From Malacoraja senta (taxonomy: Eukaryota): a stretch of DNA of 64,000 nucleotides. The stretch lies in NCBI GenBank assembly GCA_038087875.1, contig CM075986.1, forward strand, positions 13,144,001 to 13,208,000, given 5' to 3'. How positions within the stretch are numbered: the first letter of the stretch is position 1; each line of letters starts with the position of its first letter. The translations under genes were made by a program, and so were the position numbers. Below the pieces are notes generated by a model. That model worked only from the letters and a program-made list of their open reading frames with translations, made no database searches and was not told where the DNA came from. Below are positions 51,470 through 64,000 of the stretch, in pieces.

Positions 51470-52990
51470 AAAGCCTGTGAGCTACAGACCATTAAGCCTT
51501 ACATCTGTGGTAGGCAAGTTACAAGAGAGGATTCTGAGGGATAAGATATATGTGCCTATGGATAGACAGGGGCTCATTAGGGATAGCATGGGTTTGTATG
51601 TGAAAGATCGTGTCTTACGAATCTTACTGAATTTTTTGAAGAAATAACGAAAAAGGTTGGTGAAGGCAAAGCCATAGCTGTTGTCTGTATGGACCAGCAG
51701 GGCATTTAATAAAGTTATGAGTGGTGGGCTACTCTGGAAGGTTAGATCGCATGGGATCCAAGCAGAGCTATTCGACTGGATAGAGAATTGGCTTCATGGA
51801 AGGAAGCAGAGGTGCCGATGGAAGGTTGTTCTTTGAACTGGAAGCCTGTGACTATTGGTGTACCTCGGTGATCAGTTTTATCAACAATTTAGATGAGAAT
51901 GTAGATGGCATGATTAGCAATTTGCCGATGACATTAAAGTGGGTGGTATCACAGGTAGTAAAGATGATTATCAAAGATTACAACACGACCTTGTCCAGTT
52001 GGGCAAACGGGCTGAGGAATGGTAATGGATTTTAATGCAGATAAGTGCGAGGTGTTACATTTTGGGAAGTCAAATCAATGCAGGACCTTCACAGCACTGA
52101 GGAGTTTTGTAGAATGGAGAGATCTACAAGTACAGGTACACGGCTCCCTAAAAGTGGCATCACAGTAGATAGGGTGGTCAAAAAGGCTTTCAGTATAGGC
52201 CTGCATTAGTCAGGGTATTGAGTAGAGAAGTTGGAAAGTTATTTCACAGTTGTACTAGACATTAGTGAGGCCACATTTAGAGTATTGTGTTCAGTTTTGG
52301 CCAACCTGCTATAGGAAGGATATCATTAAACTGGAGAGAGTGCAGAGAAGATCTACAAGGATATTGTCAGGATTTGAGGGCCTGAGCTGTAAGGAGAGGT
52401 TGGGCAGGCTAGGACTTTATTCCTTGGAGTTCAGGAGGCTGAGGGGTGATCTTATAGAGGTGGATAAGATCATAAGGCTAATAGATAGGGTGAGTGCAGT
52501 CTTTTACAGGAAGTTGGGGTATCATGAACCAGAGGACAAAGGTTTAAGGTTAGAGGGGAAAGATGTAATAAAAACCTTAGGGGCAACTTTTTCACAAAAA
52601 ATATGATTGGTATGTGGAACGAGCTGCCAGAGGAGGTTAAAGGGCCTGTCCTACTTTCACGACCTAATTCACGACCTCTGCCGAGTTTGCCCTTGACTCA
52701 TACTCGCAGCATGGTCGTCACGAGGTTGTAGGTAGGTGGTGATGCTAGTCGTAGGTACTCGTGCCATCAAGTAGGCCGCTGCGTTTTTCTAGCCTGATGA
52801 AAAATGTGCACGAGTAAAAAAGGTCGTGAATTAGGTCGTGAAAGTGGGACAGGCCCTTAATGAGGCAAGTACTATCACAACATTTAAAAGACATTTGGAC
52901 AGTTACATGGATAGGAAATATTTAGACGGATATGGGCCAAACATAGACACATGAGACAAGCGTAGATGGGGCATCTTGGTCAGCATGAAT
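51470..52990 (+). mobile_element. Degraded CR1 RT plus 3' end, interrupted by a MITE
   Basis: SVVGKLQERI, SCLTNL, FADD (TTTGCCGATGAC), [29 protein letters not shown]. Confidence 0.9.
52641..52857. mobile_element. PIF/Harbinger-type MITE (217 bp)
   Basis: 37-bp TIR AGGGCCTGTCCYACTTTCACGACCTAATTCACGACCT (1 mismatch); TAA TSD at 52638-52640 and 52858-52860; removing it restores the CR1 sequence. Confidence 0.92.
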
Positions 52991-54878
52991 GTTGGTCCTC
53001 AGTCTTTGCAGGTTGTTTTTTTAACTTCAAGGATGAAATTCGTGGGGGTATTAAGGCATATATGTTACTGAGATATACTTCCAAGAACATCTGGATTAAT
53101 TTTATAAAATTTGTGAATAAATTATAATTCACATGTTACTGCTGTGAGGATGTGGAAAATGTAGAGGAAGAAGATTATGAAATTAATATTTTCATATTCT
53201 TGAAATCTTGTTTTGGATTGAAGTGAAGGAATGACTTGAATAATACACTGTACAATCCACTTGACCATCAGTGCCTTTCATTTTACAATGTTGAGGTACA
53301 ACAGGAAGATTTTTTGAAGCAGAGGAAAAATAGGGACAGGAATAAAATGCATTGTGTTAGGGAAGTGAGATGAAAAGAAAATCCCACTGAGTTGAGAGGT
53401 CTATGTATGTAAAATCCCTTGGAGCAGAACACTCTCCATTTGGAATTGCAGCTTTCACTCATTCTCAAAATTTCACATTCAAATTATTTTCCTTTCAAGT
53501 TTTGTGTTGGCAATTGTTGCAAGCTCAAAACTTCTTCATAGATAGGGTCATGGGATGAGTCTGGAAATAATTACGAAATCTGAAGTACTTAATGGAAAGT
53601 TCAAGTACAGCTGTACTGTGTTAGTAAAGAAAAGCTTATTATCCAAGTTAATGCACCGTATATCAGCAACAATGTGGCTTTTTATTTAATAAAATACCCA
53701 AGATGGGAGACAGGAACCTTATCAGATCAGATTTGAACAAGGCACTGTCATTGCCCATGTAAAAATAAGAAACTGGTGGTATTTATTTTCTATTTTGTAA
53801 TGTTTTGTTAAATATTGAAAGACTCATACTGAAAGAAACATGGCCAAGAATATGATAGGTGAATTAAAATCATCAGAGAATATTAATTCCAAGAAGCAAG
53901 AAAGCAGGCATTTCATTCCCCAACACATTATCATTGTTTATTTCTGACAAATTATGCACAAGAGGTTATAATTGTGCTAACATTTGTTCACTGAATTTGT
54001 GCTACCTACATTTTATTTAACAAAGAAAGATGAATTCTTGCCTTGTCTTCATTCTGCCCCAATCCTAGAATCACTGAAATCCCTTCCATTACGGACACTA
54101 CTGAATATACTTGTAGTTCTGGCTGCAACTATATAGCAAAGTGTAAGAAAATGAAGGTCCGGATATCTTTGAATGCATGGATTAAGTGACTCTACATGTA
54201 TTTCCAATAGGCAAATTGAAGATTATAATGGAAATTGTTCTAATTTACAATGGCTACATGCCCATTATTCAATAATGTTCATTTGGCAATCATTTTGAAA
54301 CTTCGAACCCATTGTCCTTTAATGCTGAATGAAGGTGAATGTTGTGAATTTTAAGGCTGAAACAATGGTATTTTCAATGGCAAGTTTTTGTTTATCATTT
54401 TAGCTTGGTGAACATTCAGATGTATATATATATATATATATATGGAACTGTTTAGTTCTAGATATATGGAGGGTAAAGGGTTATGCAGATTGTTGATAAT
54501 TTTGTGGTTTTATGCTTGCTTATTGTAATTTTCTAAATGTTATCGATAGTGCTTTTAAAGTGATTCCATGCAGGGGAAATGTGTATATCATTTGAGCATT
54601 AAATCATGAGGTACATATTTTGTATTGTCATTGTTCTAATCTGCATGAGGGAGGGATTTATGAACGCATCGATTGCATGATCTGCTGATAACTCATGTTT
54701 AATGGTGAAATACACTAGCAATGACAGACCAAGGAGGAAAAAAAAGATGGTTTGCAGTCTTGTTTACTTGGGTCCAATGGATTGTTTATGGTCTGAGTAT
54801 TGGTTTGAATTTTTGAAGAAGGTGGGACAAATTATGCAAGGAGAGCTTCAAAAGGAAAACTTTCAAGATATCACAGAG

Positions 54879-55038
54879 TGTTAAAGAAAGAACTGCAGAT
54901 GCTGGAAAATCGAAGGTAGACAAAAATGCTGGAAAAACAGCGGGTGAGGCAGCATCTATGGAGCGAAAGAAATAGGCAATGTTTCGGGTCGAGACCTTTC
55001 TTCACTCCATAGATGCTACCTCACCCGCTGAGTTTCTC
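54879..55038. mobile_element. Fold-back Penelope terminal-repeat insertion with 15-bp TSD
   Basis: TSD CAAGATATCACAGAG at 54864-54878 and 55039-55053; minus copy ending in TGAAGAAAGGTCTCGACCCGAAACAT, then inverted CTCCATAGATGCTACCTCACCCGCTG. Confidence 0.85.
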
Positions 55039-56104
55039 CAAGATATCACAGAGAGTAAGTCTGTCATGGTCCAGCACTGATGGGAAGCACAGTCACACTG
55101 GATCGTGGTGTTATCAAGATCCTGTAGAATATGAGTTATTAGCAGTTGGACGTTTTTCTAACTTTTATCTTGTAGCCTTGTTTTGCTTTGAATATGAAGC
55201 CACAAATGCTCTTTACAATATTCAAATAAACTGATATTTAACTGATTGATTTGTTTTCTGCATGTTCTAAAACTCTGAAGGATAAATATTAAATGTTTTC
55301 AATGCTAAGTAACAAGGAATGTGCCTACAAGTATCTGATATACCCAGGCAATGCTGTCCTAATCCTGTCGCAAATCAGCAATGGAAATCAATCTTTTTTT
55401 TGCTCTGAGATGTTCAAACTCCGACAGTGCCTTTGTGAGGTGCCATTTCATAACACGATTTCAACCTTTTTACTTCAAGATATGCCTAATTAATTAATCC
55501 CTGGGGGCCTATCTTGCACAGTTTTGCAAGGCTGCAATCAAGCAAGCCTCTTTCCATTTGTTCATTACTGATTTTAATTTTAAATAAAATGTGCTCATCT
55601 CTTTGTCCTAATGTTATTGCAATTAAGAAAAAAGCTCAAAAGACAATACATTAAAGCTTGATCATCCTTGACCTTGCATCTATCTGTTGTAGAAAGGTTG
55701 CTGGAAATTTTTATGTTGCGATCCATTTTAATAAAAATCTGATCTACAGACTTTAAAAATATTTTGAGTGTTGAGAACAACGAACAACTAAGCAGCTTTA
55801 GCTTGACAGCCCTGAAAACTTGCCAAATTGTTTAGCTGATTTTAAGAGTGAATATCTATCTCTAAGATGTTGTCATTAAGAACTTATTGCTAAAAAGTGT
55901 CATTGTCACATTCAATAGGATTGAATGAGTATTGGTTCTGACTCAGTTTATTATAATGGTGCAAGTTTTTCCTTTGCATGCTCATTATATGTTTCATAAA
56001 ATGTAACTGTTTTAATATTAATGATATTCATTTAATATTCAAACATTTCTTGAAAATACCTAAAACAGACATTTTGATTAAATGTTTTTATCTCCTGTTT
56101 CCAG

Positions 56105-56261
56105 TGAGAAAAGGAACTTCCATGTGAAGGCCAGTGATCCAGTTCAGTGTACTATGCATGGCAAGAAGTACACCATCATTGTGGAGACCAAGATCAACCA
56201 GTCGCAGCCTGACTTCACCAAGACACGATCAGGATTTGTTCTTTCCTGGCCTGGAAACTAA
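56105..56261 (+). CDS. Probable terminal coding exon of an unidentified host gene (phase-2 intron): EKRNFHVKASDPVQCTMHGKKYTIIVETKINQSQPDFTKTRSGFVLSWPGN*
   Basis: Strong acceptor TGTTTTTATCTCCTGTTTCCAG|T; abrupt shift to C/G-ending codons; 51 open codons to TAA at 56259-56261; not repeat-like. The ORF track shows only a different frame here. Confidence 0.75.
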
Positions 56262-57384
56262 CAAACGCCTCTTATTGTGGCTTAAGGCCAGAATGCCCTT
56301 CAAATTCACCATGAAAAATTCAACATTAATGATGGGAAAAGGGGCATGCATAGTTCACGTTTAGCAATATAAACATTCATGCTGCAGACATGTTTTCTAG
56401 TAGACATGCCTCTTCTGACTGATCTGCTTTATCCTCTTTGCATTTGATCTGCATTGTCTTCTTCGACACTCTTTCTCCTGCTACCAGCTGAAGTTGGCTT
56501 TCTCTCTTTTGTCTATCATGATTTCTCAATCTCCTTAACATAATGATCATGCACAGCAGGCTCTGGTGTAGATTGTAAGGGTTGTGGACTCTTGCCCTCG
56601 CTATTTATTTTTTTATTTAAAGTTTTAACTCAATTTTAATAATGCAGAAAGAGAGAGAACAAATCGTCTCATATGAAAATCCATAATTATCTTCAGTCTG
56701 TAAACTCTCACAGACCATTATGAAATGAACTGTACTTGAGGTAATCGAGTATCTTATGATGTCCATTCAATTAATCTATTTAGCTTCAGATTCGTGCTTA
56801 TTTTAACTCGTATCTGAATTTATGTCAGACTGGAACTGTTGCAATTCTGATATGATCTCTGCAAAACTCCAGGCCACAGTACATTTTGATTCCATGCCAG
56901 GTGGCCGACCTACTCTTGTCTAAATGAGTAAAAAGCTTGAACTTGCAATGTTTTTCATTTGTTAATCTAGCTTGAAAGAGGTTATATGATGTCAGCCACA
57001 CTGTATAACTTTCAATCAAACTTAGAACAGATCTTGGTTTTATTGAATGTCAGATTTGCGCTTTTGCACCCCTACCCCAACACTTCAATGTACACAAAGT
57101 TATTAACACATTTTCTAACCATTCTGTTGGCTTTTATAATTCAGATGCTTGTGAATGTGCTGCCCTCACCACAACATCTGCTAACCATAGCACATCTTGC
57201 TTACTGTTGAAGTGAAACTTTCAGTTATTCATACATTAACCTATATTCATAACCAGAATTCATTTTATCACAAGGTTTGACATTATCTTATTGTAATCCT
57301 ATTATGGCAGACTCTTATAGGGACAGTTTATTTCTCTGTTTTAATTCCCCTTTCCTTTAACTCTGTAGACCAATGCCTCTGCTG

Positions 57385-57665
57385 ATATAGAGCCATAGAG
57401 TCATACAGCACAGAAACAGGCCCTTCGGTCCAACTTGTCCATGCCGACCAAGTTGGCATGCTGGGCTAGTCCAATTTGTCTGCATTTGACTCATAGCATT
57501 CTAAACCTGTGTGTCCAAATGTATTTTTAAAAGTTGTCATAGTATCCACTTCTATAACTTCCTCTGGCAACCTATTCCTGATACGGAATACCTTCTGAGT
57601 GAAAATGTTGCCCCTGAAGTCCTCCTTAAATCACTTTCCTTTCACCTTAAGTCTATGCCCTTTAA
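57385..57665 (-). mobile_element. CR1/HER1 3' end
   Basis: CATAGAGTCATACAGCACAGAAACAGGCCCTTCGG..CTTCCTCTGGCAAC..CACCTTAAG. Confidence 0.8.
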
Positions 57666-59825
57666 AGCAGAACAAGTCAGTCGGGGATGGAAAGTTTAAA
57701 AAAAAATCTGGTCTTATAGCAGATAATGTCCATGTATGTTGTGTTGCATCCCCTCAAATGATGCTTAACATGGCCAGCAGCATAATGAAATCTGCTTATA
57801 AGTTCCTACATAACCAACTTTAGCTGCAGTAAATATCCCTTCCAGAGCGAAAATTATGACTTCAATTTCTACTCCAGCATTCAAATACTTTAAAGGAGTT
57901 GGCAGTGAAAAATTAAATCAAGGTTCTTTCTACATCAGGTTGAGAATGGAGGAGATTAAATGAAGAGCAGATTGTGGTTCTCGCATTTCCTGTCTGACAT
58001 AATTCCTCAATTAACAGCATCTTAAACTGATCTTATTATGTATGTTGGGCGTTGCTGTACAAAAATTAGGGTTTTCATTTGCTTGGAAAAGGATACACAT
58101 CATTGGCTATAAAAAACTCTGGTCTATCCCAGGAAGTGGAAGACTGTACAGTAATGCAAATTATTCATTCGTGTCTTTTGAAATCCTGCGGTCTAGGAAA
58201 TGTATTCCTTTAAAAATGATAACAGCTGATGTATAAAGAACCGTATGCACAGCTTAAGCTTAACTGGAAATGCAATTGCCGTTGAAATTTCACAAGTACA
58301 TTCAAATCACTTCCCTGCTGCATGTCAGGGCCGTCAATGAGATCATTTTCTCTCATTGCTATTTTTTACAACAATTTTCAATTTATTATGAAACTGGGCA
58401 GTTTTAAGCTGTGAGTACCCATTCACTGATCCTTGACCTTGTGTTTGCTGAAAAGACTATTCTTTTGAGCATAACTGTAGACTCAACTGCACCATCTAAG
58501 ACTTTTTAATAACAGAAAGATTAATATAATTTAAATGTCTGAATCTCTAGCATTTTGTTATGTAGTTTGGGATTTGTTATCCTGTATGATCAGAGAGTCA
58601 TTTTATCTCTCATGAAGTGGATAGTCCTGAAGATTCACACTGATCGATAACGTTTCTTTAAATGTATCATTTTTGGAAAGATTGGGTCAAGGAACTGGAT
58701 AGAAAGGTGATCATGAGTTTTAATTTTTGTTTTTCCACAGACCAATCATGTTAATGATTAATGTTCAGCTATGCACCAATGAAAGAAATAATGCCAAAGA
58801 TGTGGGTGCATATTGCACACATTCCTGCTTATCATCAGGCAATCCTTGATTATTATTTATTTAGCTTGCACTACAAATGCTTGGTCCATCTTCAATAATC
58901 AGCTATGTTGTGTGGAATAGTCAAGGACTTTTCAACTTCTGAAGGATGCCTTGTTGTTTTGACTTGCAGAGTTCATTGTAAAAATGGCCTCTGCTGGATG
59001 TTGAATGGGTGGTTTAAAAAAATAATTCTTGATAACAATGAACTGTTGCCATATTCTGATTAGATTTTATGTTTTATATCAACTCCAATAATTGACTTGA
59101 ATCAAACTCTGCTATTTCCATTTCTGCAACCTGGTTACAAAGATTGTAAACAATTTAATTCCAAACATTTTAACCATCCAAAGACTGTAAAGGTGTCAGA
59201 CAATGCAAGAGCTGAGGAGGTTGCATGGGACCATTGCATGTGTTATGATGGAGAGGAGTAGCAGTGTCACTGGCTGCAGAGAAAAATAGCTTATTTCATA
59301 TTCTCCCTTCACTCTCCATCACAGCCAGGTGCCAACATATCAGGTTTGGTGATGGGCAAATGTCTATGCATGTTGGTTTTGTACTTAATATCGGATTTTC
59401 CCTTCACAGATCTAGTCACGAGATCAGGTGCGTTAGTTTAAAAATATGCAATCAAATGTGCCAGCAACATACGCAATTGTTCAAGTGCCTTTATATTGAA
59501 AATGCAGGTCATTGGAACATGCACCTGAAATCTTTTGGTATTGGTGTGTTAGATATTACCAGTTGTAATAAAATGGTGTATTTAATCACTGATGAATCAT
59601 GTATAAATCAGCTTTATATTTAGAAATATAATATTCAGAATTCAGATTAGTTATAAGTATGAATACTTACAAATATCAGGAGAATAATAGTTGGTAATCA
59701 AAGTTTTTTGTGATGTTTTCCTTAAATCAAATTTTATAGTGCAATTTTATTTGATATACATTTTTTGATTTGTAAATTAGTATTTCTGAAAAGTTTTGTC
59801 CCATTGTAGCCTTGACTGGCTATTC

Positions 59826-59897
59826 AATAAATTACTTTATTTTCATAAATGCTTGATATGTTCCACACTACAATAAAATAGTGTTTTCATTAATAAA
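59826..59897 (+). promoter_or_regulatory. Candidate polyadenylation-signal cluster for the 56105 exon
   Basis: AATAAA at 59826, 59872 and 59892, after a ~3.6 kb repeat-poor, T-rich stretch. Confidence 0.35.
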
Positions 59898-60374
59898 AGC
59901 ATTCCTTGAAACTCTGCCAAGTGATGATTATTTTAAAAGTACATTTGTAATGAAAATTAATTCATAGCCTTCCAAGCAGACTGAAACATAGATCAAGTGA
60001 GTGCTTCCCTGCATTCTCCATGTCGGAAGTCTGAAACTATGGGGAATAAACAACCAGCTGTGTTTGGGATTAGAGTCTGTTTAAAGTGGAAAACCAATAC
60101 AAGGACGCCACCAATGTTGGGTGGGGACAGAGAAGCTGTTGAAAGGAAAGAAAACAATAAACATAAAAATCAGAGGAAGAAATAGTGGATAAGATTAAGC
60201 CAACCAATCTGTGTGAAAACATAATATTAATCCTGGAGGCATCCCATAAATCACATCCCATAAGATCGGACCACCCAACCTGACTTGCTGCTGTTCTGCC
60301 CAACCACTCACCACACTCCTACCTGGCTCACAAGTTGCCTACAATCATGTATCTCAAAAGAAAGTAGAAACAAA

Positions 60375-60580
60375 TGATGGAAGCACTGTGCAGGTCCAGC
60401 AGCATTACTGGAAAGAGCACCGGCAATAATATTTCAGGTCCGACGGAAGGTCCTCAGCCTGAAACATGTTTATCTCCAGAGATGCTACATCTCTATATAT
60501 CTATCTCCAGAGACGCTATTCCACCAACTGAGACATTCCAGTACTTGATTTTATTTCAGATTTTCAACGCCTGCAGTTTT
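60375..60580. repeat. Older Penelope-terminus-like inverted arrangement
   Basis: CAGGTCCAGCAGCAT..ATTTCAGG, then CCGACGGAAGGTCCTCAGCCTGAAACAT..CCAGAGATGCT..CTGCAGTTTT. Confidence 0.5.
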
Positions 60581-61329
60581 TAATTACCTAAAAGGGAAAT
60601 GGGTAATCCATGTAATTGAAGGTCAATTTTTCCATAAAACCAACAGAAGCCATGGATGGGGCTGAAATCGCCAGAGCACTGGCAACTCCTTCAAAGGATT
60701 AGTCTTTGATGTAAACGGTCAGGGACACATTGGACTTGGGAAAGTGCTGTGGGGCACGCCTGGAGTAGGACTCCAGTCTGCTCTCTGCTAGGTCTCCGGG
60801 TGCCAAGCCATTACACTGACCCAACTGGGCTGATAAGGGGCATGAGATGGCTCAAGAGTATCTCTGGCCCAGCCAGATCTTCTGGCTGCACCAGCATCTA
60901 ACACTTTTCTTATATTTTTGCCACAAAACTGCACCTTGGTTCCAATAATCTTTCAAATAGATTGGAGCTGATCTGTAGGAATATTATGAGACTGGTCAAC
61001 CTCCACACCAGAACCAAGTCATCCCAAGTAGAGTCATCACACTGCAACATGCAAACTAAAGGAGTAAGGGAATAGGCTTTACATTCACCTGCCTCCACTG
61101 CACACCATCATTCAGGCAGGGGTACTTGACCTGGAGGAAAAGCCACGGATAGTGTGTGGAACAATGAAGATCATTGAAATGGTCATGAATGGAGCAGTGA
61201 GGTGACAGTGAGAACATCCTTTAATGGGTTCCTTGGTCTGCTAGGGAATCTCTTGCTATGATGGAGCTCCAGACTGGACCAAGCTTGTCAACCAAGTAGC
61301 CTGCCCATCAGAACTGACTGAGTAGAACT

Positions 61330-61790
61330 AGGCTGGAGGCCAGACCTTAAGCTGGACATGTTAGTCAGGGAGATGGCCCTCGTTCCTTTATCCTGCCCGT
61401 GCATTTGCCCAATTTAGCAGAGGGCATTGATGGTATCTCGCCAGTGTTTTGGGGTACCTGTAGTCAAAAGTCCACAATAGGGTAGGTTCGCTGCTGCCCA
61501 GATGACCATGCATTTTGAGATGGATTTGAGGCTTAATCTAACTACCTTTTCCTCAGTCGGACAAAGGTTGTGTTGGTGCACTGAGGACCAAGATGAATTT
61601 CCTCATCAGTGACTGCCTTTGCTGATAGATGGCTGCCAAGAAAGGGGAAGTGGTCTTGTTTCCCACCGTAGTTAAGTACCGTGTTATTGAGGTCAGATGA
61701 CTTGCTGGACCTCTGAGCAGGATTATTATTTGAGAGGGAAGTCTGAGAAAGGAGGAGCCAAGAAAACACTGAAGCAGAGATTCACCACAT
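61330..61790 (-). mobile_element. RTE (BovB-like) LINE fragment
   Basis: DHFPFLGSHLSAKAVTDEEIH..TFVRLRKR resembles the RTE post-RT motif FxYLGS..IDxEI..AFGRLRKR. Confidence 0.75.
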
Positions 61791-62094
61791 TTTGGATTTA
61801 TCACACGCAAAATCTGAGCATTTCAACATTTGTCAACAACAGAATTGTCTTTATTTAATTCACAACCAATTTTTTTTTAAACATTGCATTGTGTCAGTAT
61901 GCCCTGTAGCCTATAAAAGTTATTGTCAGTTTCAAAGATTCAGGATAATCAGTACAAGGCAACTAATGTACCCCCAATATTTTAAAAAAGGAGCTAAAAC
62001 GGAAAAAAATATTGTGATGATTAGTCATATATTAGTGGCAAGGAAAGAATTAATGAAAAAATGTTGTCCGCAGAACATCTGCAGAAGAGGAATA

Positions 62095-62790
62095 CAATGT
62101 CAGCCAGGATTTGTGAAAGAGAAATCATGCTTGACAAACCTACTAGACCATTTTGAGGAAGCATCTGGTAGATTAGATGATGGAGATCCAGTGGATGTAG
62201 ATGCTTTCAATAAGGTCCCACATAAGAAATTAGCAGGTAAAATTAAATCATATGAGTTTGGTAGTAAGGAGCTGATATGGATGGCCAATGGTAAATAAGG
62301 GGTAGGAATAAACAGTTTTCCAAAGCAGTTACTACAGAGGTCTACAGGTATCAATATGGGAACATCAGTTCCTCACAATATATACAGTATTAATATCAAC
62401 ATTTCACATAATATTCCAAATACTGGCCTCACCAAACCCTTGTATTATTTTTGAAAGACTTCCTTACACTCATATTCAAAACTTCTTACAATAAGGCCAA
62501 CATATCATTTGCATTAAATGCTTGTTGCACCTGCGTGCTTGCTTTCAGTAACTGATGTACAAGGACACTCGATCTCTCCACGTACCAATATTTTTCAGTC
62601 CATCGGCATTTAAATAATGCTGCCTTTCTGTTTCTTCTACCAAAGCAGATAATTTAATCTGTATTACCTTTATCTGTCATGTATTGCCCATGCTCTCAAA
62701 TTTCTAACATGCCTTGAAGCATCTGCATCCCCCTCACAACATGCAATCCCACCCAGTTTTGTTTCATCAGCAAATTTAGAAATGTGCACT
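62095..62790. mobile_element. Degraded CR1 RT (plus 62095-62390; next segment inverted 62410-62790)
   Basis: QPGFVKEKSCLTNLLDHFE..AFNKVPHKKL on +; ISKFADETKLGG on -. Confidence 0.75.
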
Positions 62791-63729
62791 TGGGTCATTC
62801 GAAGTTGTAGAAATTTACCTCCATATATTATTCATTTAAATTGTTTTGTTTTAAGATATCTTCTTGTGAATACATCTCTTCTTCAATTCCACAATGATAT
62901 TTTATAAACTGATATGATGTTACTATGCACTCCTGTATCAGTTTTAGTTTTTTTTCTAAACTTTTCTCTGATCCTTTTGTTGATGTGAATTCCATTTCTC
63001 TGTTAACTGCCACATCACTCTAGAGATATGTGTTCCATAATTTAATATATCCCTGAACACCATGGTATGATCGATGGCCAGCGTGGATTTGATGGGCTGA
63101 AGGGCCTGTTTCCATGATGTATCCTTCAATCAATTGATCAATCAATATTCCCATTATATGGAAGTTCTGGTTTGGATTATTTTGGGTTGGTTTTCACACT
63201 CTTGCTGCACCATTTTCTTGATATATTCTCTCTCAATCTGCACACCTTCTTCCAGTGGTTAAACTTGCAGATTGACTTCATTGAATCGTCTGTGTTTGCT
63301 AAGTAATCTTATTCTTAGTCTGACTCTCTCCCTCTGTTTCTGTTGTTTCACTTCATCAACCCTCTTCCCTTGCCCGGGGTTGATCTGGAGACTGGCTCTT
63401 TGATTATTCAACGTTTTAATTTGTCTAACTGCGTGGGCAATCGTCTTAGCCATCCTTCACATTTGCCGGAAATCACAAGTTTGTGTTACTTTCTTTTTCA
63501 AGTCAGCGCTTATACAGCTCATAGACTTTTCTTTCTTTCACTTACTTAATTACTCATGCCATGCCACATCTTGTTTTCCAGAAAACAATTCATTTCAGTA
63601 ACATCTATGGCTCACAATATTATTTATTAATCCAGACTTTGAGGCATGTGCTGCTGAGTTGTATAGTGCATAATCAAAGTATATATTATAGTACATCAGT
63701 GGGTGGTGCAGTACATCTCCTAAAAAATA

Positions 63730-64000
63730 GAACACATAGTTAATATCCTTGGTCTTCCAATAATACTTGTTATGCTCAGAAACCTCCTTGATCTAACCCC
63801 TGCCTTTATAATCTTCTCCAGTTGTACAATGGTCTGATATCTTTATAGACCTCCAGTTCTTGCCTCTTGTTTTATCAGCACAAACTTCATTCCATGACTG
63901 ATGTAATCTTCAGCTGTCGAGGCCTTAAATCTCTCAGCTCCTTTCTCTTTCTCCGAATGTCCACACAAGACTTAACTTTTTGACCACATGTTAATCCTAT
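63730..64000 (+). mobile_element. Old L2-like 3' region
   Basis: TTAATATCCTTGGTCTTC..TTCAGCTGTCGAGGCCTTAA..TTTTTGACCA. Confidence 0.45.

Noticed and set aside
52637-52860. TTAA flanks suggesting piggyBac or Kolobok
   Set aside because: A TTAA TSD gives asymmetric termini; a TAA TSD gives symmetric AGGGCC..GGCCCT ends.
1-64000. CRISPR arrays, prokaryotic operons, viral (EVE) genes
   Set aside because: No regularly spaced repeat-spacer array and no non-transposon long ORF; the sequence is eukaryotic repeat-rich DNA.

Overview
AT-rich, repeat-dense vertebrate DNA, most likely from a cartilaginous fish (skate/ray-like; inferred from HE1-type tRNA SINEs, abundant CR1 LINEs and Penelope termini). 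It looks like a very long intron followed by a probable terminal coding exon of an unidentified + strand gene (56105-56261) and a possible long 3' UTR. Almost every long ORF in the track is a transposon piece or its antisense shadow. Elements present: a young 5'-truncated CR1 (ORF1 esterase tail plus twice-frameshifted EN-RT), many CR1/L2 fragments, a Rex1 EN fragment fused to a Gypsy RNase H-PPT-LTR remnant, a Penelope GIY-YIG 3' end, an RTE fragment, tRNA SINEs, a Harbinger-type MITE and a ~1 kb non-autonomous DNA transposon. The strongest unexpected signal is non-coding: a 132-bp mini-retroelement (42269-42400, minus) with an 11-bp TSD, whose first 54 nt fold into a minimal P4-less HDV/CPEB3-like ribozyme with the predicted cleavage site exactly at the element's 5' boundary. 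Short Penelope terminal fragments carrying minimal hammerhead cores are also scattered through the window, two of them as fold-back insertions with 15-bp TSDs. Family names come from motif recognition and recalled consensus sequences, not database searches, and boundaries of old repeats are approximate.
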